A DNA stretch of 64,000 nt from Patescibacteria group bacterium UBA1406 (lineage in GTDB: Bacteria; Patescibacteriota; Microgenomatia; UBA1406): the NCBI GenBank assembly GCA_002305675.1, contig DBQA01000001.1:189-64188 (forward strand). The letters run 5' to 3'. Below are positions 1-9,794 of this stretch, in pieces; the first letter of the stretch is position 1, and each line of letters starts with the position of its first letter. The position numbers and the translations under genes were made by a program. Below the pieces are notes generated by a model that was not told where the DNA came from, ran no database searches, and saw only the letters and a program-made list of their open reading frames with translations.

Positions 1-1155
1 GGGCGAAACATGGGGTAGTATAAATAAAAAGGCCAGATACAGCAAGGGCACCGTATCAAAGAAGTAGCGGTTACCGAACTGCACCCAGCCCGTTCCTACC
101 GACAGCATCAGGATAGCCAGGATCAGAACGGTGACTATGGCGGCCAAGGCCAGAAAGATCTTTTCCCTGGCTTTCAAGAACGTTTTAAAGTCGGCAAACT
201 GCAAAAGCAAAAAGAGCACCGGGTAGGTAAAAAAAACGCTGTTGCCTTCCATATCCCTGATTATGTATGGCCGGCCGAGCTTTATCCCCAGAGGATTGAG
301 GAAATAATAGTAGGCGTTGTGGCCGATATTTTTCAGGGACAGGATACGGTTCTCGCGGATATCCTTGTCATAGCGGATATGGCCCTTCTGATATCTCATG
401 CCGGTTTCCGTGATTTTGCCGAACCTGAGGTAATTGTAGCCAAAGAAAGCCAGGAAAAAGATAAGGGTAATGCTGCCAACTACCGCCGCTTCCCGGATAA
501 CAGACCGGATGTTTTTCCTGGTAAAGCTCAGGTAAGGCGGATACAGAAAAAGCAATAGGTAAAAAACCATCGTGTACCTCGAAAGCCAGGCCAGATTGAC
601 AAGGATGGCGGCCAAAGCCAGGTACGCCAACCGGCGGCGGTTCAGGTACCGGAATAAAGCCCACAGGCCGCCTACAGCATAAAGGCCGGCGACGGTTTGG
701 TTGGTCTGCCAGATTGCTCCCTTGACCGCCAGGAAAAAGAGGGGGGACACCAGGGCATAGGCGATCCACAGGAAGGCAGATTGGTACTCTGTCAGCTTGA
801 TCTTGAAAAACCTGGCCGCCTCTTTGGCGGCGAGCAGGAACCAGAAACCGCCCAAGATCGCCGCCACCATGGTATAGAGAACGTCGCTGGCCTCAAGCCG
901 GCCGACCAGATAGAATGGCAAAACGAATAAGGTCGGCGCCGGCCCCCAGTACATATACCACTTGCCCTGGTACAGGGACAGGTCAAAGATGTTCGGGGAA
1001 ATCAGGTCCAACCGGCCGTGGATCAGGGCATTGATCTGGTAATTATAGTAGTGGAAACCGGTGGCGCGAAAGAAATTGCGGTCTATGGCCAGGGACAGGG
1101 CGGCATATATGCCGACTATAAGTAAGCCCGTCAGGACCAGGATTTTGCCGCGCAT
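1..1155 (-). CDS. Polytopic membrane protein, GT-C-type glycosyltransferase-like (3' end runs off the window)
   Basis: My own minus-strand translation from ATG (complement of 1153-1155): MRGKILVLTGLLIVGIYAALSLAIDRNFF...GKWYMYWGPAPTLFVLPFYL... It stays open to position 1. Many hydrophobic segments. Absent from the ORF track, probably because there is no stop inside the window. Divergent from a similar membrane transferase at 1217. Confidence 0.6.
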   Translation of the reverse strand, partial: MRGKILVLTGLLIVGIYAALSLAIDRNFFRATGFHYYNYQINALIHGRLDLISPNIFDLSLYQGKWYMYWGPAPTLFVLPFYLVGRLEASDVLYTMVAAILGGFWFLLAAKEAARFFKIKLTEYQSAFLWIAYALVSPLFFLAVKGAIWQTNQTVAGLYAVGGLWALFRYLNRRRLAYLALAAILVNLAWLSRYTMVFYLLLFLYPPYLSFTRKNIRSVIREAAVVGSITLIFFLAFFGYNYLRFGKITETGMRYQKGHIRYDKDIRENRILSLKNIGHNAYYYFLNPLGIKLGRPYIIRDMEGNSVFFTYPVLFLLLQFADFKTFLKAREKIFLALAAIVTVLILAILMLSVGTGWVQFGNRYFFDTVPLLYLAFLFILPHVSP

Positions 1156-1216
1156 ACACACCATTATACCTCAATATTTTCGGATTTTATGGTACCCTAT
1201 CAGTACCCAAATTTCT

Positions 1217-2542
1217 ATGGAGAAGAAACTGAAGGCGACCGGGGTGGCGGTGTCCAGGATAGCGATAATTTTACTTATGGTCCTCTTCCTCCTGGAGGCC
1301 CTGTTCTTCGCCACCCGCATCGGCCGGGCGATCTCGCCTGACGAGACCTTCCACCTGGAACTAATCCAGAGGTATAGGACGAGCGCGGAGGTGCCCGTCC
1401 CCACGGACCAAAGGGCCTATCACCTCGGGCCGGTGGGACAGCAGCCGTACCTTTACCATCTCTTCATGGGCAAGGCGCTCTACCTGAACGTTTTCGGTCT
1501 CCCTGACCTCATCTATCTCAGGCTCCTGAACGTTGCTCTGACATTATTGGAGTTATATTTAGTCTACCGGATAGTCAGGCTCGTCACCAAAAACAGACTG
1601 GTCATCCTGTCCACCTTCGCCCTCCTGACAAACACGCTCATGTTCACCTTCATCTCGGCCATGGTTTCGTACGACAACCTGGTCAACCTGTTGGCCGTTC
1701 TGTCCGTCTACCTCATGCTGAAACTTTTGGAGAAGGGGGGGCGGATTTATTTTTGGGGTTGGACTCTGACTTTGTTAGCCGGCTCCCTGACCAAGGTGGC
1801 CTTTTTGCCTTTGGTGCTCCTTGAGGGAATGGTCGTCGCCTTCCACTACCGCAAGATATTTCCCGACCTCTGGCAAAGCAGGGTCAAAAGAGCGGAGCAC
1901 GCGCTCATCGCCCTAGTTCTGGCGTTCGGGCTCCTGAACCTCACCCTTTACGGCCGGAACCTCATCAGGTACCGCGCCATCGACCCGCCCCTGGACCGCG
2001 TCATCGGCCTGGACAGGGCAATCGGTCACAACTGGCTTTTTCGCAAGTTCCATAACCTGCGGGTCACCCGGAACGAGAGGGAAAGGATCCCGATACAGCG
2101 CTTTGTGGGGGAGTACGTCAACACCACCCTGGACCGAACCTATGGCATACTCGGCCACAAGACGCTGACTAAATCGATAGCCGAGATCATCGGCTTCAAG
2201 GTTATTGCCGTCTTTTATGTCCTGATGGTGCTGCTCAGCTTTAGGAAAATCTGCCAGGATAAAAAACTGTCGGCGCTCCTTTTTATCTCCGTGGGATACC
2301 TGGCGGTCGTTTTCCTTAACAACTACCTGGGATACCTCGGCCATTACTCGTTCGGCGAGGCCCTTCAGGGGAGATACAACTTTCCGGTGCTGGCCCTTCT
2401 GTTGATAATCGCAAACTACAGCCTGTTCAGCGTCCTCGGCCGGAAGTGGGGGATAGCCGTCTTTATGGTCATCATCTCCTTCTTTATTTTTGAAGATTTC
2501 ATCTGGTTCTATCTCAACGCCTCGCCCGACTGGTTCAGGTAA
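1217..2542 (+). CDS. GT-C-type membrane glycosyltransferase (GT39/GT83, PMT/ArnT-like)
   Basis: ORF track 1061..2542, trimmed to ATG 1217 (MEKKLKATGVAVSRIAIILLMVLF). About 10 or more hydrophobic helices. The early loop motif ISPDETFHLE resembles the Asp-Glu loop of lipid-sugar-dependent GT-C enzymes. Confidence 0.6.
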   Translation: MEKKLKATGVAVSRIAIILLMVLFLLEALFFATRIGRAISPDETFHLELIQRYRTSAEVPVPTDQRAYHLGPVGQQPYLYHLFMGKALYLNVFGLPDLIYLRLLNVALTLLELYLVYRIVRLVTKNRLVILSTFALLTNTLMFTFISAMVSYDNLVNLLAVLSVYLMLKLLEKGGRIYFWGWTLTLLAGSLTKVAFLPLVLLEGMVVAFHYRKIFPDLWQSRVKRAEHALIALVLAFGLLNLTLYGRNLIRYRAIDPPLDRVIGLDRAIGHNWLFRKFHNLRVTRNERERIPIQRFVGEYVNTTLDRTYGILGHKTLTKSIAEIIGFKVIAVFYVLMVLLSFRKICQDKKLSALLFISVGYLAVVFLNNYLGYLGHYSFGEALQGRYNFPVLALLLIIANYSLFSVLGRKWGIAVFMVIISFFIFEDFIWFYLNASPDWFR

Positions 2543-2587
2543 AACTCCCCCTTGCTAATTTTTCCCGCAGCGCCTACAATATATTCC

Positions 2588-3529
2588 ATGCCCAAAATCC
2601 TCGTCACCGGTGCCTTCGGCCAGATAGGGTCCGAGCTTGTTCCCACTTTACAGAAGAAATATGATCAAAATAATGTTATTGCTCTTGGCCATCAGAACGT
2701 GGCCGCGGGTTTTGAGGGAATTGTGGAAAAGGCGGAGATCACGAACATCGAAGCTCTCGCCGCCCTCGTAGACAAATACGCCATCGATACGGTTTTCCAC
2801 CTGGCCGGGTATCTGTCCGTCAAAAGCGAACAGGACCCGCAACGCGCCTGGGAGGTCAACCTGACCGGTTTGAAAAACGTGCTCGACATTGCCCGGGAGA
2901 GAAAGATCAAGGTTTTCTGGCCCTCCTCCATTGCCGCCTTCGGCCCCACCACCCCCAAGGTCAACACTCCCCAGCACACGGTTCTTGAGCCGACCACCAT
3001 GTACGGAGTGACGAAACTCGCCGGCGAAAACCTCTGCCACTATTACTTCCTCAAGTACGGCCTGGACGTCCGCTCACTCCGATATCCCGGGCTTTTGGAC
3101 CACAAGACCCCGCCGTCCCTGGGCACAACCGAGTATGCCAAGCAGATCTTCTACGATGCCATCCGGACAGGGGAATATCACTGTCCCTTAAGGGCGGATA
3201 CAACGTTGCCGATGATGTCCATGGACGACGCCGTCCTCGCCACACTCGGCATCATGGACGCTGATGCGGAAAAGATAAAGGTTCGGACTAGCTATAACCT
3301 CGCGGCCATCAGCTTTTCCCCACAGGAGATATATGAGGAGCTGAAAAAGTACGTACCGGGTTTGAAAATAGATTACCGGGAAACGGAGATCCAGAAGATA
3401 GCGGACTCCTGGCCTCAGGTGATAGACGACTCGGCCGCCCGCACCGACTGGGGCTGGTCCCATCAGCATAGCCTGGCCGACATAGTCCGGGAAATGTACG
3501 AAAATATCAGGGAAAAAATCACTACATGA
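2588..3529 (+). CDS. tdh: L-threonine 3-dehydrogenase, extended-SDR (UDP-galactose-4-epimerase-like) type
   Basis: Trimmed to MPKILVTGAFGQIGSELV (Rossmann GxxGxxG). YGVTKLAGE supplies YxxxK. The stop overlaps the start of a kbl-like gene (ATGA), the classical tdh-kbl pairing. Confidence 0.7.
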   Translation: MPKILVTGAFGQIGSELVPTLQKKYDQNNVIALGHQNVAAGFEGIVEKAEITNIEALAALVDKYAIDTVFHLAGYLSVKSEQDPQRAWEVNLTGLKNVLDIARERKIKVFWPSSIAAFGPTTPKVNTPQHTVLEPTTMYGVTKLAGENLCHYYFLKYGLDVRSLRYPGLLDHKTPPSLGTTEYAKQIFYDAIRTGEYHCPLRADTTLPMMSMDDAVLATLGIMDADAEKIKVRTSYNLAAISFSPQEIYEELKKYVPGLKIDYRETEIQKIADSWPQVIDDSAARTDWGWSHQHSLADIVREMYENIREKITT

Positions 3530-4767
3530 GCCACCAAGACTATCTGAACCTCCTCAAGGCCGAAGTGGACCGCATCGACCAGGCCGGCTCGAGCAAACGG
3601 CAGGAGAAGATAATCCTCGGCTTCACCGACGAGAACCCGCCCCGGGCGGTTATCGATGACCGCAAATACTACGTCTTCAACTCCAACGACTACCTGGGCC
3701 TGAAATACAATGCCGATCTCAAGGAGGCAGAGCACGAGGCCTCCAAAAAGTACGGGGCCGGCCCCGGCGCCGTCCGGTTCATCTCCGGTTCCCTGAAGGT
3801 CCACCGCGACCTGGAACAGGCGGTGGCCAGGTTCCACGGCCGGGATGACGCCATCCTGTATTCCTCGGCCTTTGCCGCAAACCTCGGTACCATCTTTCCC
3901 CTGATAGTCGGCCAGGCCAAGACATCCCTCGTCAGGGACAACGTCCTTGTCATCTCGGACGAGCTGAACCATCGCAGCATCATTGACTCCATCCGTCTCG
4001 CCAATCTTGCGAAGGAGAACCGGGCCATCTTCAAACACCTGGACCTCGATCACTTAGAAACCATCCTGAAGGAGGCCGCCTCCAAGTACGACCGGGCGGT
4101 CGTCATCACTGACGGCGTGTTCAGCATGCTCGGTGAGCTCCAGGATCTGAAGAGGCTCCATGCACTGAAGGAAAAGTACGATCAGGAGTTCAAGCACGGC
4201 ATCCTGACCATCGTGGACGACGCCCATGGGGTCGGGGCGATAGGGGAGACGGGCCGGGGAACGGAAGAGGACGCCGGAGAGCGGGCTGATGTTCTCATCG
4301 GGACTTTCGGCAAGGCCTTCGGCTCGGACGGAGGCTATGTGGCGGCCGGCCAGACGGTTATCGACTATCTGAGGGAGTCTTCGGCCACCTACATATACTC
4401 GAATCCCATCCCTCCCTCCACCGCCGGAGCGGCCCTCGCCGCCCTTGAGCTTATGGACACGGATGAGGGCCGGGAACTGACCGGCAAGCTCGCCGATAAC
4501 ATCCGCTACTTCAAGGAGAAGGCCAAAGCTGCCCATATCCCCTTTGCCGCGGACAGCCGCCATCCGGTGCAGCCCGTGCTGATAGGTGATACCCTCAAAA
4601 CCAAGCAGCTCGTCGGAGAGCTCTTTACGGAGGGGTTTCTGACCACGGCCATCAGCTATCCGGTGGTGCCGCCGGGCCGTGACGAGATCCGCGTCCAGAT
4701 CAACGCCGTGCATACTCCCGAATCCATCGATCTTCTCATCGGCGCCCTGGCCAAAAATATTACCTAA
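3526..4767 (+). CDS. kbl: 2-amino-3-ketobutyrate CoA ligase (glycine C-acetyltransferase), alpha-oxoamine synthase family
   Basis: 413 aa. FNSNDYLGL, DDAHGVG and the GTFGKAFG PLP-lysine region are typical of KBL/BioF-type enzymes. Translationally coupled to tdh. Confidence 0.8.
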   Translation: MSHQDYLNLLKAEVDRIDQAGSSKRQEKIILGFTDENPPRAVIDDRKYYVFNSNDYLGLKYNADLKEAEHEASKKYGAGPGAVRFISGSLKVHRDLEQAVARFHGRDDAILYSSAFAANLGTIFPLIVGQAKTSLVRDNVLVISDELNHRSIIDSIRLANLAKENRAIFKHLDLDHLETILKEAASKYDRAVVITDGVFSMLGELQDLKRLHALKEKYDQEFKHGILTIVDDAHGVGAIGETGRGTEEDAGERADVLIGTFGKAFGSDGGYVAAGQTVIDYLRESSATYIYSNPIPPSTAGAALAALELMDTDEGRELTGKLADNIRYFKEKAKAAHIPFAADSRHPVQPVLIGDTLKTKQLVGELFTEGFLTTAISYPVVPPGRDEIRVQINAVHTPESIDLLIGALAKNIT

Positions 4768-4770
4768 AAC

Positions 4771-5475
4771 TCAGACCTCGGCCGGGTCCCGGGTATAATG
4801 GAACTCGCCGGTGTCCATTTTCCCGGACACCTCCCGCGGTAAGACCAGTCCGCACAGGTGAAAAAAAGCTTCCACCGACCAGTTGCCCCGGTCCAGAACT
4901 TCTTCCAAAATAGCCCTGAACCGGGCCTCTTCCCTGTCCAGATAATGAGGCCGGAGGGCCAAAAGATGAGCAAAAGGCAGCGGCAGTTCCGAATCGATGG
5001 TCACCAGGCGGGAGTCGTTCCAGACCCGGGAAGCGGTCATGCCGTCCGTATAATGCCCGGATCCCTCGCTTCTCTCGAGAATGAGCCCGGCCAGGGGGCC
5101 GGTCAAGACTACGGCATTGTGTTCGCCGCTGGCCCTTTTCAAAAGCACGTCCCCGGCCATGAACTCCAGACTTCCCAGCCGGACGGGGATGTCGCGTATA
5201 AGCTCCACCGGCTGCCTGATGGCCCGGGGGACATCGGACTCGAGCGCCCGGTATATCCTCTGGTAGCGCTCCTTCTCCAGCTCCACCACCAGAGACCCGA
5301 CCATATTGGCGGGCGTGGCAGCACAAAGATGGGAAGGCGTGTTATTCGCCTCCTGGAATATGCTGGCATCCAGACCGGCCAGGGCGGATATTTCCGGGCT
5401 GGGCGGCCTAGACAAAATCCTGGCCGCGAAAGACCGTTCAATGTCAGCTTCAAGGTACAGTGTCCTTTCGGTCAT
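4771..5475 (-). CDS. Hypothetical protein
   Basis: 234-aa ORF filling the gap between kbl and the dehydrogenase gene. No motif I recognise. The overlapping plus-strand ORFs look like GC-rich shadows. Confidence 0.55.
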   Translation of the reverse strand: MTERTLYLEADIERSFAARILSRPPSPEISALAGLDASIFQEANNTPSHLCAATPANMVGSLVVELEKERYQRIYRALESDVPRAIRQPVELIRDIPVRLGSLEFMAGDVLLKRASGEHNAVVLTGPLAGLILERSEGSGHYTDGMTASRVWNDSRLVTIDSELPLPFAHLLALRPHYLDREEARFRAILEEVLDRGNWSVEAFFHLCGLVLPREVSGKMDTGEFHYTRDPAEV

Positions 5476-5491
5476 GATTGATTGGAGAGTA

Positions 5492-6391
5492 TTATATCAA
5501 GCGGAGTAGCTCCCTTGCCGGCGCCAAAGACATCTCCCTGTCCGCCTCCCCGGTATAGCCGGCGATGTGCGGGGTGGCCACCACGTTGTCAAGCTCCAGG
5601 AACTCCCGGCGGATGGCGGGCTCGTGCTCAAAAACATCCAAAGCGCATCCCCGGATCCGCCTTCTTCCCAGGGCCCGAAGAAGGGACGGCTCGTTGACAA
5701 TGCCGCCCCGCGCAGTATTGATGAGCACGGCGGACGGCTTCAGCAAAGCCAGTTCCCGCTCACCGATAAGGTTTTGGGTTTCCGGAGCCAAAGGAACATG
5801 CAGCGAAACGATGTCGGCATCGGCCAAAAGGCTTTTCAGGTCCGTCTTGTCAATGCCGTGCTTTTTCAGGAATTGGCTGTCCAGATACGGATCATACCCG
5901 AGCACATCCCTTACCCCGAAAGGGGCGAGCTTGGCAGCGAACAGACGTCCGATAGCCCCACAGCCCACGAGCCCCACCACCTTGCCCGCGAGTTCCGAGC
6001 CCATGAGCTCCCTGGACCGCCATTTTCCACTCCGAAGGAGCGCCTCCTGGCGACGGAAGTTCCTCAGGAGCATGACGGTGAGCATGACGGCAAATTCGGC
6101 CACCGCGTTCGCGTTCGCGCCGGGGGCCGAGAGGACCTTTATCCCTCGCCGGCGGCATTCCCCCAGGTCGATATTATCAAGACCGGCCCCTGCCCTCAGG
6201 ACAAACCTCAGGGATGGGAACCCGGCCAGATACGTCCTGTCCGCCCGGGTATACGTCCTGATGAACAGGGCCTCGACAGCCGGTTTCTGGCCGTCCTTAA
6301 GGGCACCCGAGAGCACCTTATGCCCGTTCTCCCTGAGGAGGGCAACGGCATCGGGATGAATCTCTTTCTGGTCCGGCAGATAGATCAGCAT
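5492..6391 (-). CDS. D-isomer-specific 2-hydroxyacid dehydrogenase (PGDH/GyaR-like)
   Basis: GLVGCGAIGR NAD-binding motif, then ...NTARGGIV..., DVFEHEP and the HIAGYT catalytic His region. Start trimmed to MLIYLPDQ (6391), which avoids a 44-nt overlap with the upstream gene. Confidence 0.8.
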   Translation of the reverse strand: MLIYLPDQKEIHPDAVALLRENGHKVLSGALKDGQKPAVEALFIRTYTRADRTYLAGFPSLRFVLRAGAGLDNIDLGECRRRGIKVLSAPGANANAVAEFAVMLTVMLLRNFRRQEALLRSGKWRSRELMGSELAGKVVGLVGCGAIGRLFAAKLAPFGVRDVLGYDPYLDSQFLKKHGIDKTDLKSLLADADIVSLHVPLAPETQNLIGERELALLKPSAVLINTARGGIVNEPSLLRALGRRRIRGCALDVFEHEPAIRREFLELDNVVATPHIAGYTGEADREMSLAPARELLRLI

Positions 6392-6398
6392 ACGGACA

Positions 6399-7346
6399 TT
6401 ATAGCGAACGGCGGAGGTTTTTGAGGGCAGCGGCCGAGGCAAAAAGCATCAGGTCCCTGACGATGATGAACAGCCGGTGAAGGATGGACAGGGACACGCC
6501 CACGGCGACCACGTAATTCAGGCGGGACAGGAGATAGCCAAGAACAAATTCGCGCACCCCGAGACCCCCGGGTGCAGGCAGGAACAGGAATCCGGCCACC
6601 CAGGCGATGATATAGGAGCTGATGATGTAAAGCTCCTGGTACACCCCGTCAAAGAGGTCCACTCCCAAGGCCCGCAGAAAGACCAGAAAGGACAGGCCCG
6701 ACAGGAGCCAGAACAGGATGTTCGCAAGGAGGATCTTGGCGAGGTCCGCCACCGACAGGGCCGGCAGGTGCATGGGCAACCTTTGGAAAATAAGCCGCCA
6801 GACAAGCTGCACGAAACGGAAAAAAGCGTTCAAGAGCAGTAGGCAGACAACGTACAGCAGAAGATACAGGGGCATGTAGGGAAAGGGCAGGACGATGGCC
6901 AGGAAAAGGAGGCCCGACAGGATGTTCATGAAGAGGTTGAAAACTACGAGCTTGGTGACCGACTTCCCTGTCCGGTGGCTCTGATCCTTGATGAGCATGG
7001 CCAGACCGGCATGATTCCAGATCCCTCCCGGGATATAGCGGTACAGATTGGTCCGGCTTAAGGTAGCCAGATATGAGGCCAGCCCAAGTCTGACGCCTTC
7101 CAGGCCGAAGATGAGCTTCAGGCTCCAGGCATTTGCCAGAACGCTCAGGACGGTGAGGGCCATGGCAACGCCGAGAAGAGGCCAATCGGGCTTCACCCAG
7201 AGGGCGCGAAAAGTGTCCAGGTTGCCATAAATGAAGCTGCCGACGAAAAAGAGGGCGGTCACCAAAAATACAAATTGCACAATCCTGAACAGCATTTTGC
7301 CCTGACCGCCGGAGAGGCGGGCTTGATTTCGGGGTGATTCTTTCAT
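6399..7346 (-). CDS. Integral membrane protein, UPF0104 / lysyl-PG-synthase-TM (flippase-like) family
   Basis: 315 aa, about 8 TM helices. C-terminal PAPGGLGVREFVLGYLL matches the conserved PGGxGxxE motif of this family. Confidence 0.55.
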   Translation of the reverse strand: MKESPRNQARLSGGQGKMLFRIVQFVFLVTALFFVGSFIYGNLDTFRALWVKPDWPLLGVAMALTVLSVLANAWSLKLIFGLEGVRLGLASYLATLSRTNLYRYIPGGIWNHAGLAMLIKDQSHRTGKSVTKLVVFNLFMNILSGLLFLAIVLPFPYMPLYLLLYVVCLLLLNAFFRFVQLVWRLIFQRLPMHLPALSVADLAKILLANILFWLLSGLSFLVFLRALGVDLFDGVYQELYIISSYIIAWVAGFLFLPAPGGLGVREFVLGYLLSRLNYVVAVGVSLSILHRLFIIVRDLMLFASAAALKNLRRSL

Positions 7347-7385
7347 ACAATTTTAGTCTGTTAGCAATTTTTATCATAGCACATT

Positions 7386-8324
7386 ATGAAACTCGATTTC
7401 CCTGACAAACAGATCCCCGCCTTCTTTGCCCGCAGCCGCCAGAAAAAGACGGATGTGGAGGCCTATATTGGAGGCCTGATAGAGCAGCTTGGGCAAAAGA
7501 TCGGCAGCGAACCCGGCTTCAAGATCACCCTGAAGGACAAGGTAGAACTGTCGAAATGGGTCATCCTCAGGGGTATAAGGGAGTTCGGGACGGAGAACGT
7601 GACCATAGCCTGGACGGGCGGCAAAGACTCCACCCTCATCCTATGGTTGGCACGCGAGGCCGTCAAAGAGCACGGACTGAAGATGCCCCACTGCATGTTC
7701 ATCAACGAAGGGCATGTCTTTGAGGAGGTCAGGGAGTTCGTGGCCGACCTGTCAAAGAAGTGGCGGCTTGAGGTGACCGAGGTCCAAAACAAGAACGTCA
7801 TCAGCCAGACTAAAAAAGTCGGTGACCCGGTCACGGTCAAGAAGCTAGACGATTACAACCGCCGGGAGATAAAGCGCCTCGGTTACACGAAGGACACTTT
7901 CCCGTTCGAGCCGGAGTCATATGTGGGCAACCACCTGATGAAGACCGTGGCCATGAACCGTTACCTCGAAAAGACGCATTACCGGGCCGTCGTCACCGGT
8001 ATCCGCTGGGACGAGCAGAAGGCTCGCGCCAGCGAGACATATTTCTCGCCCCGGGGGGACGATTTCACACCGGAGCACACCCGTATCCATCCCATCCTCC
8101 ACCTGACGGAGCGTGAGATATGGCAGATCACCCTGGACTATAAGGTCCCGTTCTGCAAGTTGTATAAGGAAGGCTACCGCTCGCTCGGGGCCAAAGGCAC
8201 CACCCACAAGGCCGGGGACAAACCCGCCTGGGAGCAGGATTTCGACAAGGTACCCGAACGCGCCGGCCGGCGGCAGGACAAGGAGGGGATCATGGACAAC
8301 CTGAGAAAGCTGGGTTATATGTGA
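7386..8324 (+). CDS. PAPS reductase / ATP-pyrophosphatase family protein
   Basis: 312 aa. The PP-loop-like WTGGKDSTLILWLA motif is typical of the phosphoadenosine phosphosulfate reductase family. Confidence 0.7.
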   Translation: MKLDFPDKQIPAFFARSRQKKTDVEAYIGGLIEQLGQKIGSEPGFKITLKDKVELSKWVILRGIREFGTENVTIAWTGGKDSTLILWLAREAVKEHGLKMPHCMFINEGHVFEEVREFVADLSKKWRLEVTEVQNKNVISQTKKVGDPVTVKKLDDYNRREIKRLGYTKDTFPFEPESYVGNHLMKTVAMNRYLEKTHYRAVVTGIRWDEQKARASETYFSPRGDDFTPEHTRIHPILHLTEREIWQITLDYKVPFCKLYKEGYRSLGAKGTTHKAGDKPAWEQDFDKVPERAGRRQDKEGIMDNLRKLGYM

Positions 8325-9794
8325 TCAGATCTCTATCCCTTCCACCAGCTTTCCATCTCTAATCTCTTTTTTGAACAAAGAGCGGCCGCGGCAATAGTCC
8401 GGTAGCGCCACCCCGAAATAATCCAGGATGGTGGGGGTGATATCCAAAAGGGAGGCGTTTTCCGTTTCTTTGAGCACATCCTGTCCCGGATATAAGGCCA
8501 GTATCCCTTTCATCCGGTGCTCGCCGGACTTATGGGTGATGGGGTCGGTGAACAGCCGATGGCCGGAGAACGCATAGATATTGGTCGAGACGATGGCGCC
8601 CTCCCGCATGAGGAACTGGATATCGGGGATGGTCGCCGGATATCTGTCCGTGCCGTATAGATTCTGCGAACTGTCAATAAAAGTCAGGTCAGTCCCGAAA
8701 TCCGCCTGCATTTCCCCGATAATCTTTTTGATAAGGGTCTTGTTTTTCCTAGTCAGATATATCCCGCCGTACATCCCGAAGGAATAGGCCTCTGTCCGGT
8801 CCCAATCGATGTCGGCATAGGAAAGCACCAGCCTGTTCATCAGCCTGTTCCTTTTGCCCATCTCCATCTTGCCGGAATGGCGCACCAGCCTGAGCTTCGA
8901 GGCGAGCGTTATCAGGCGGTCGGGGTTCATCCCCAGAAACGACAGAAGGCGCTTCAGGACCACGGCCGGAGTATTTTTGAAACGGAGGTACCCCCGTTTC
9001 TTCAGCCAGACGTTCAGGAACATCGTCTTCTCGAGGGGGCCGGCCCCGTGGTCTGAAACAACCAGGAAGCGGTGGGTGCGGCCGTATTTTTTCAAGACCC
9101 GCTCCAAGTATTTGTCCACCAGCCGGTATATCTCGAGCATTGCCCGCTTGTCATTCCAGAAAAAGTGCTGCACGTGGTCCACCGCCATGAAGTTCATGGC
9201 AAAAAAGTCCCACTTCTCCTTCCCAAGTACCCAGTCGCTGACCGCGATAACGTCGGTGACCTCTTTTTTTATTTCCTTAAAGAGCGTTCTATAGCTCTCG
9301 GGATCGTTCCTGGTCGCCTTGACCCTTGGGTTGAACTCGTAGCGGGGGAATTTTTTAATAAACTCTTTTTTCAGCTCCGGCGGATAAATGAAATCGGATT
9401 TGAGCCCCGGGGTCAGAAGCCCTCCGACCATGATGCCGTTCAAAGGCCGCACGGGAAAGGTAATGGGGATGTTGACGGCCGCTACCCTCAGGCCGGCGTC
9501 TGACAGGAGCTCCCAGACGAACGGATAGGGGATATCCGAGGCCAGGTTGACCGTCAGTTCCCTATTCTTGTCCAGGCTGTAGAAATCGTAACTGCCGTGG
9601 TCGCCCGGAGAGCTGCCGGTCATCATCGTCGGCCAGGCCACTGGCGTCAGCGGGGGGACGGTCGACATCAGGTCGCAGGCCGCGCCTCCCGAGAGGAGTT
9701 TTTTGAAGCCTGGCAGTTTGCCTTCCGCCACCCAGGGCCGTATCAGGTCCCACGTGGCGCTGTCAATGCCGAACATAAAAAGTTTTTTCCTCAT
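8325..9794 (-). CDS. Alkaline-phosphatase superfamily protein (type I phosphodiesterase / nucleotide pyrophosphatase-like)
   Basis: 489 aa. N-terminal FGIDSATWDLIRPWVAEGKLPGFKKLL and VVSDHGAGP are typical of AlkP-core phosphodiesterases. Last gene of the minus-strand glycan operon. Confidence 0.65.
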   Translation of the reverse strand: MRKKLFMFGIDSATWDLIRPWVAEGKLPGFKKLLSGGAACDLMSTVPPLTPVAWPTMMTGSSPGDHGSYDFYSLDKNRELTVNLASDIPYPFVWELLSDAGLRVAAVNIPITFPVRPLNGIMVGGLLTPGLKSDFIYPPELKKEFIKKFPRYEFNPRVKATRNDPESYRTLFKEIKKEVTDVIAVSDWVLGKEKWDFFAMNFMAVDHVQHFFWNDKRAMLEIYRLVDKYLERVLKKYGRTHRFLVVSDHGAGPLEKTMFLNVWLKKRGYLRFKNTPAVVLKRLLSFLGMNPDRLITLASKLRLVRHSGKMEMGKRNRLMNRLVLSYADIDWDRTEAYSFGMYGGIYLTRKNKTLIKKIIGEMQADFGTDLTFIDSSQNLYGTDRYPATIPDIQFLMREGAIVSTNIYAFSGHRLFTDPITHKSGEHRMKGILALYPGQDVLKETENASLLDITPTILDYFGVALPDYCRGRSLFKKEIRDGKLVEGIEI

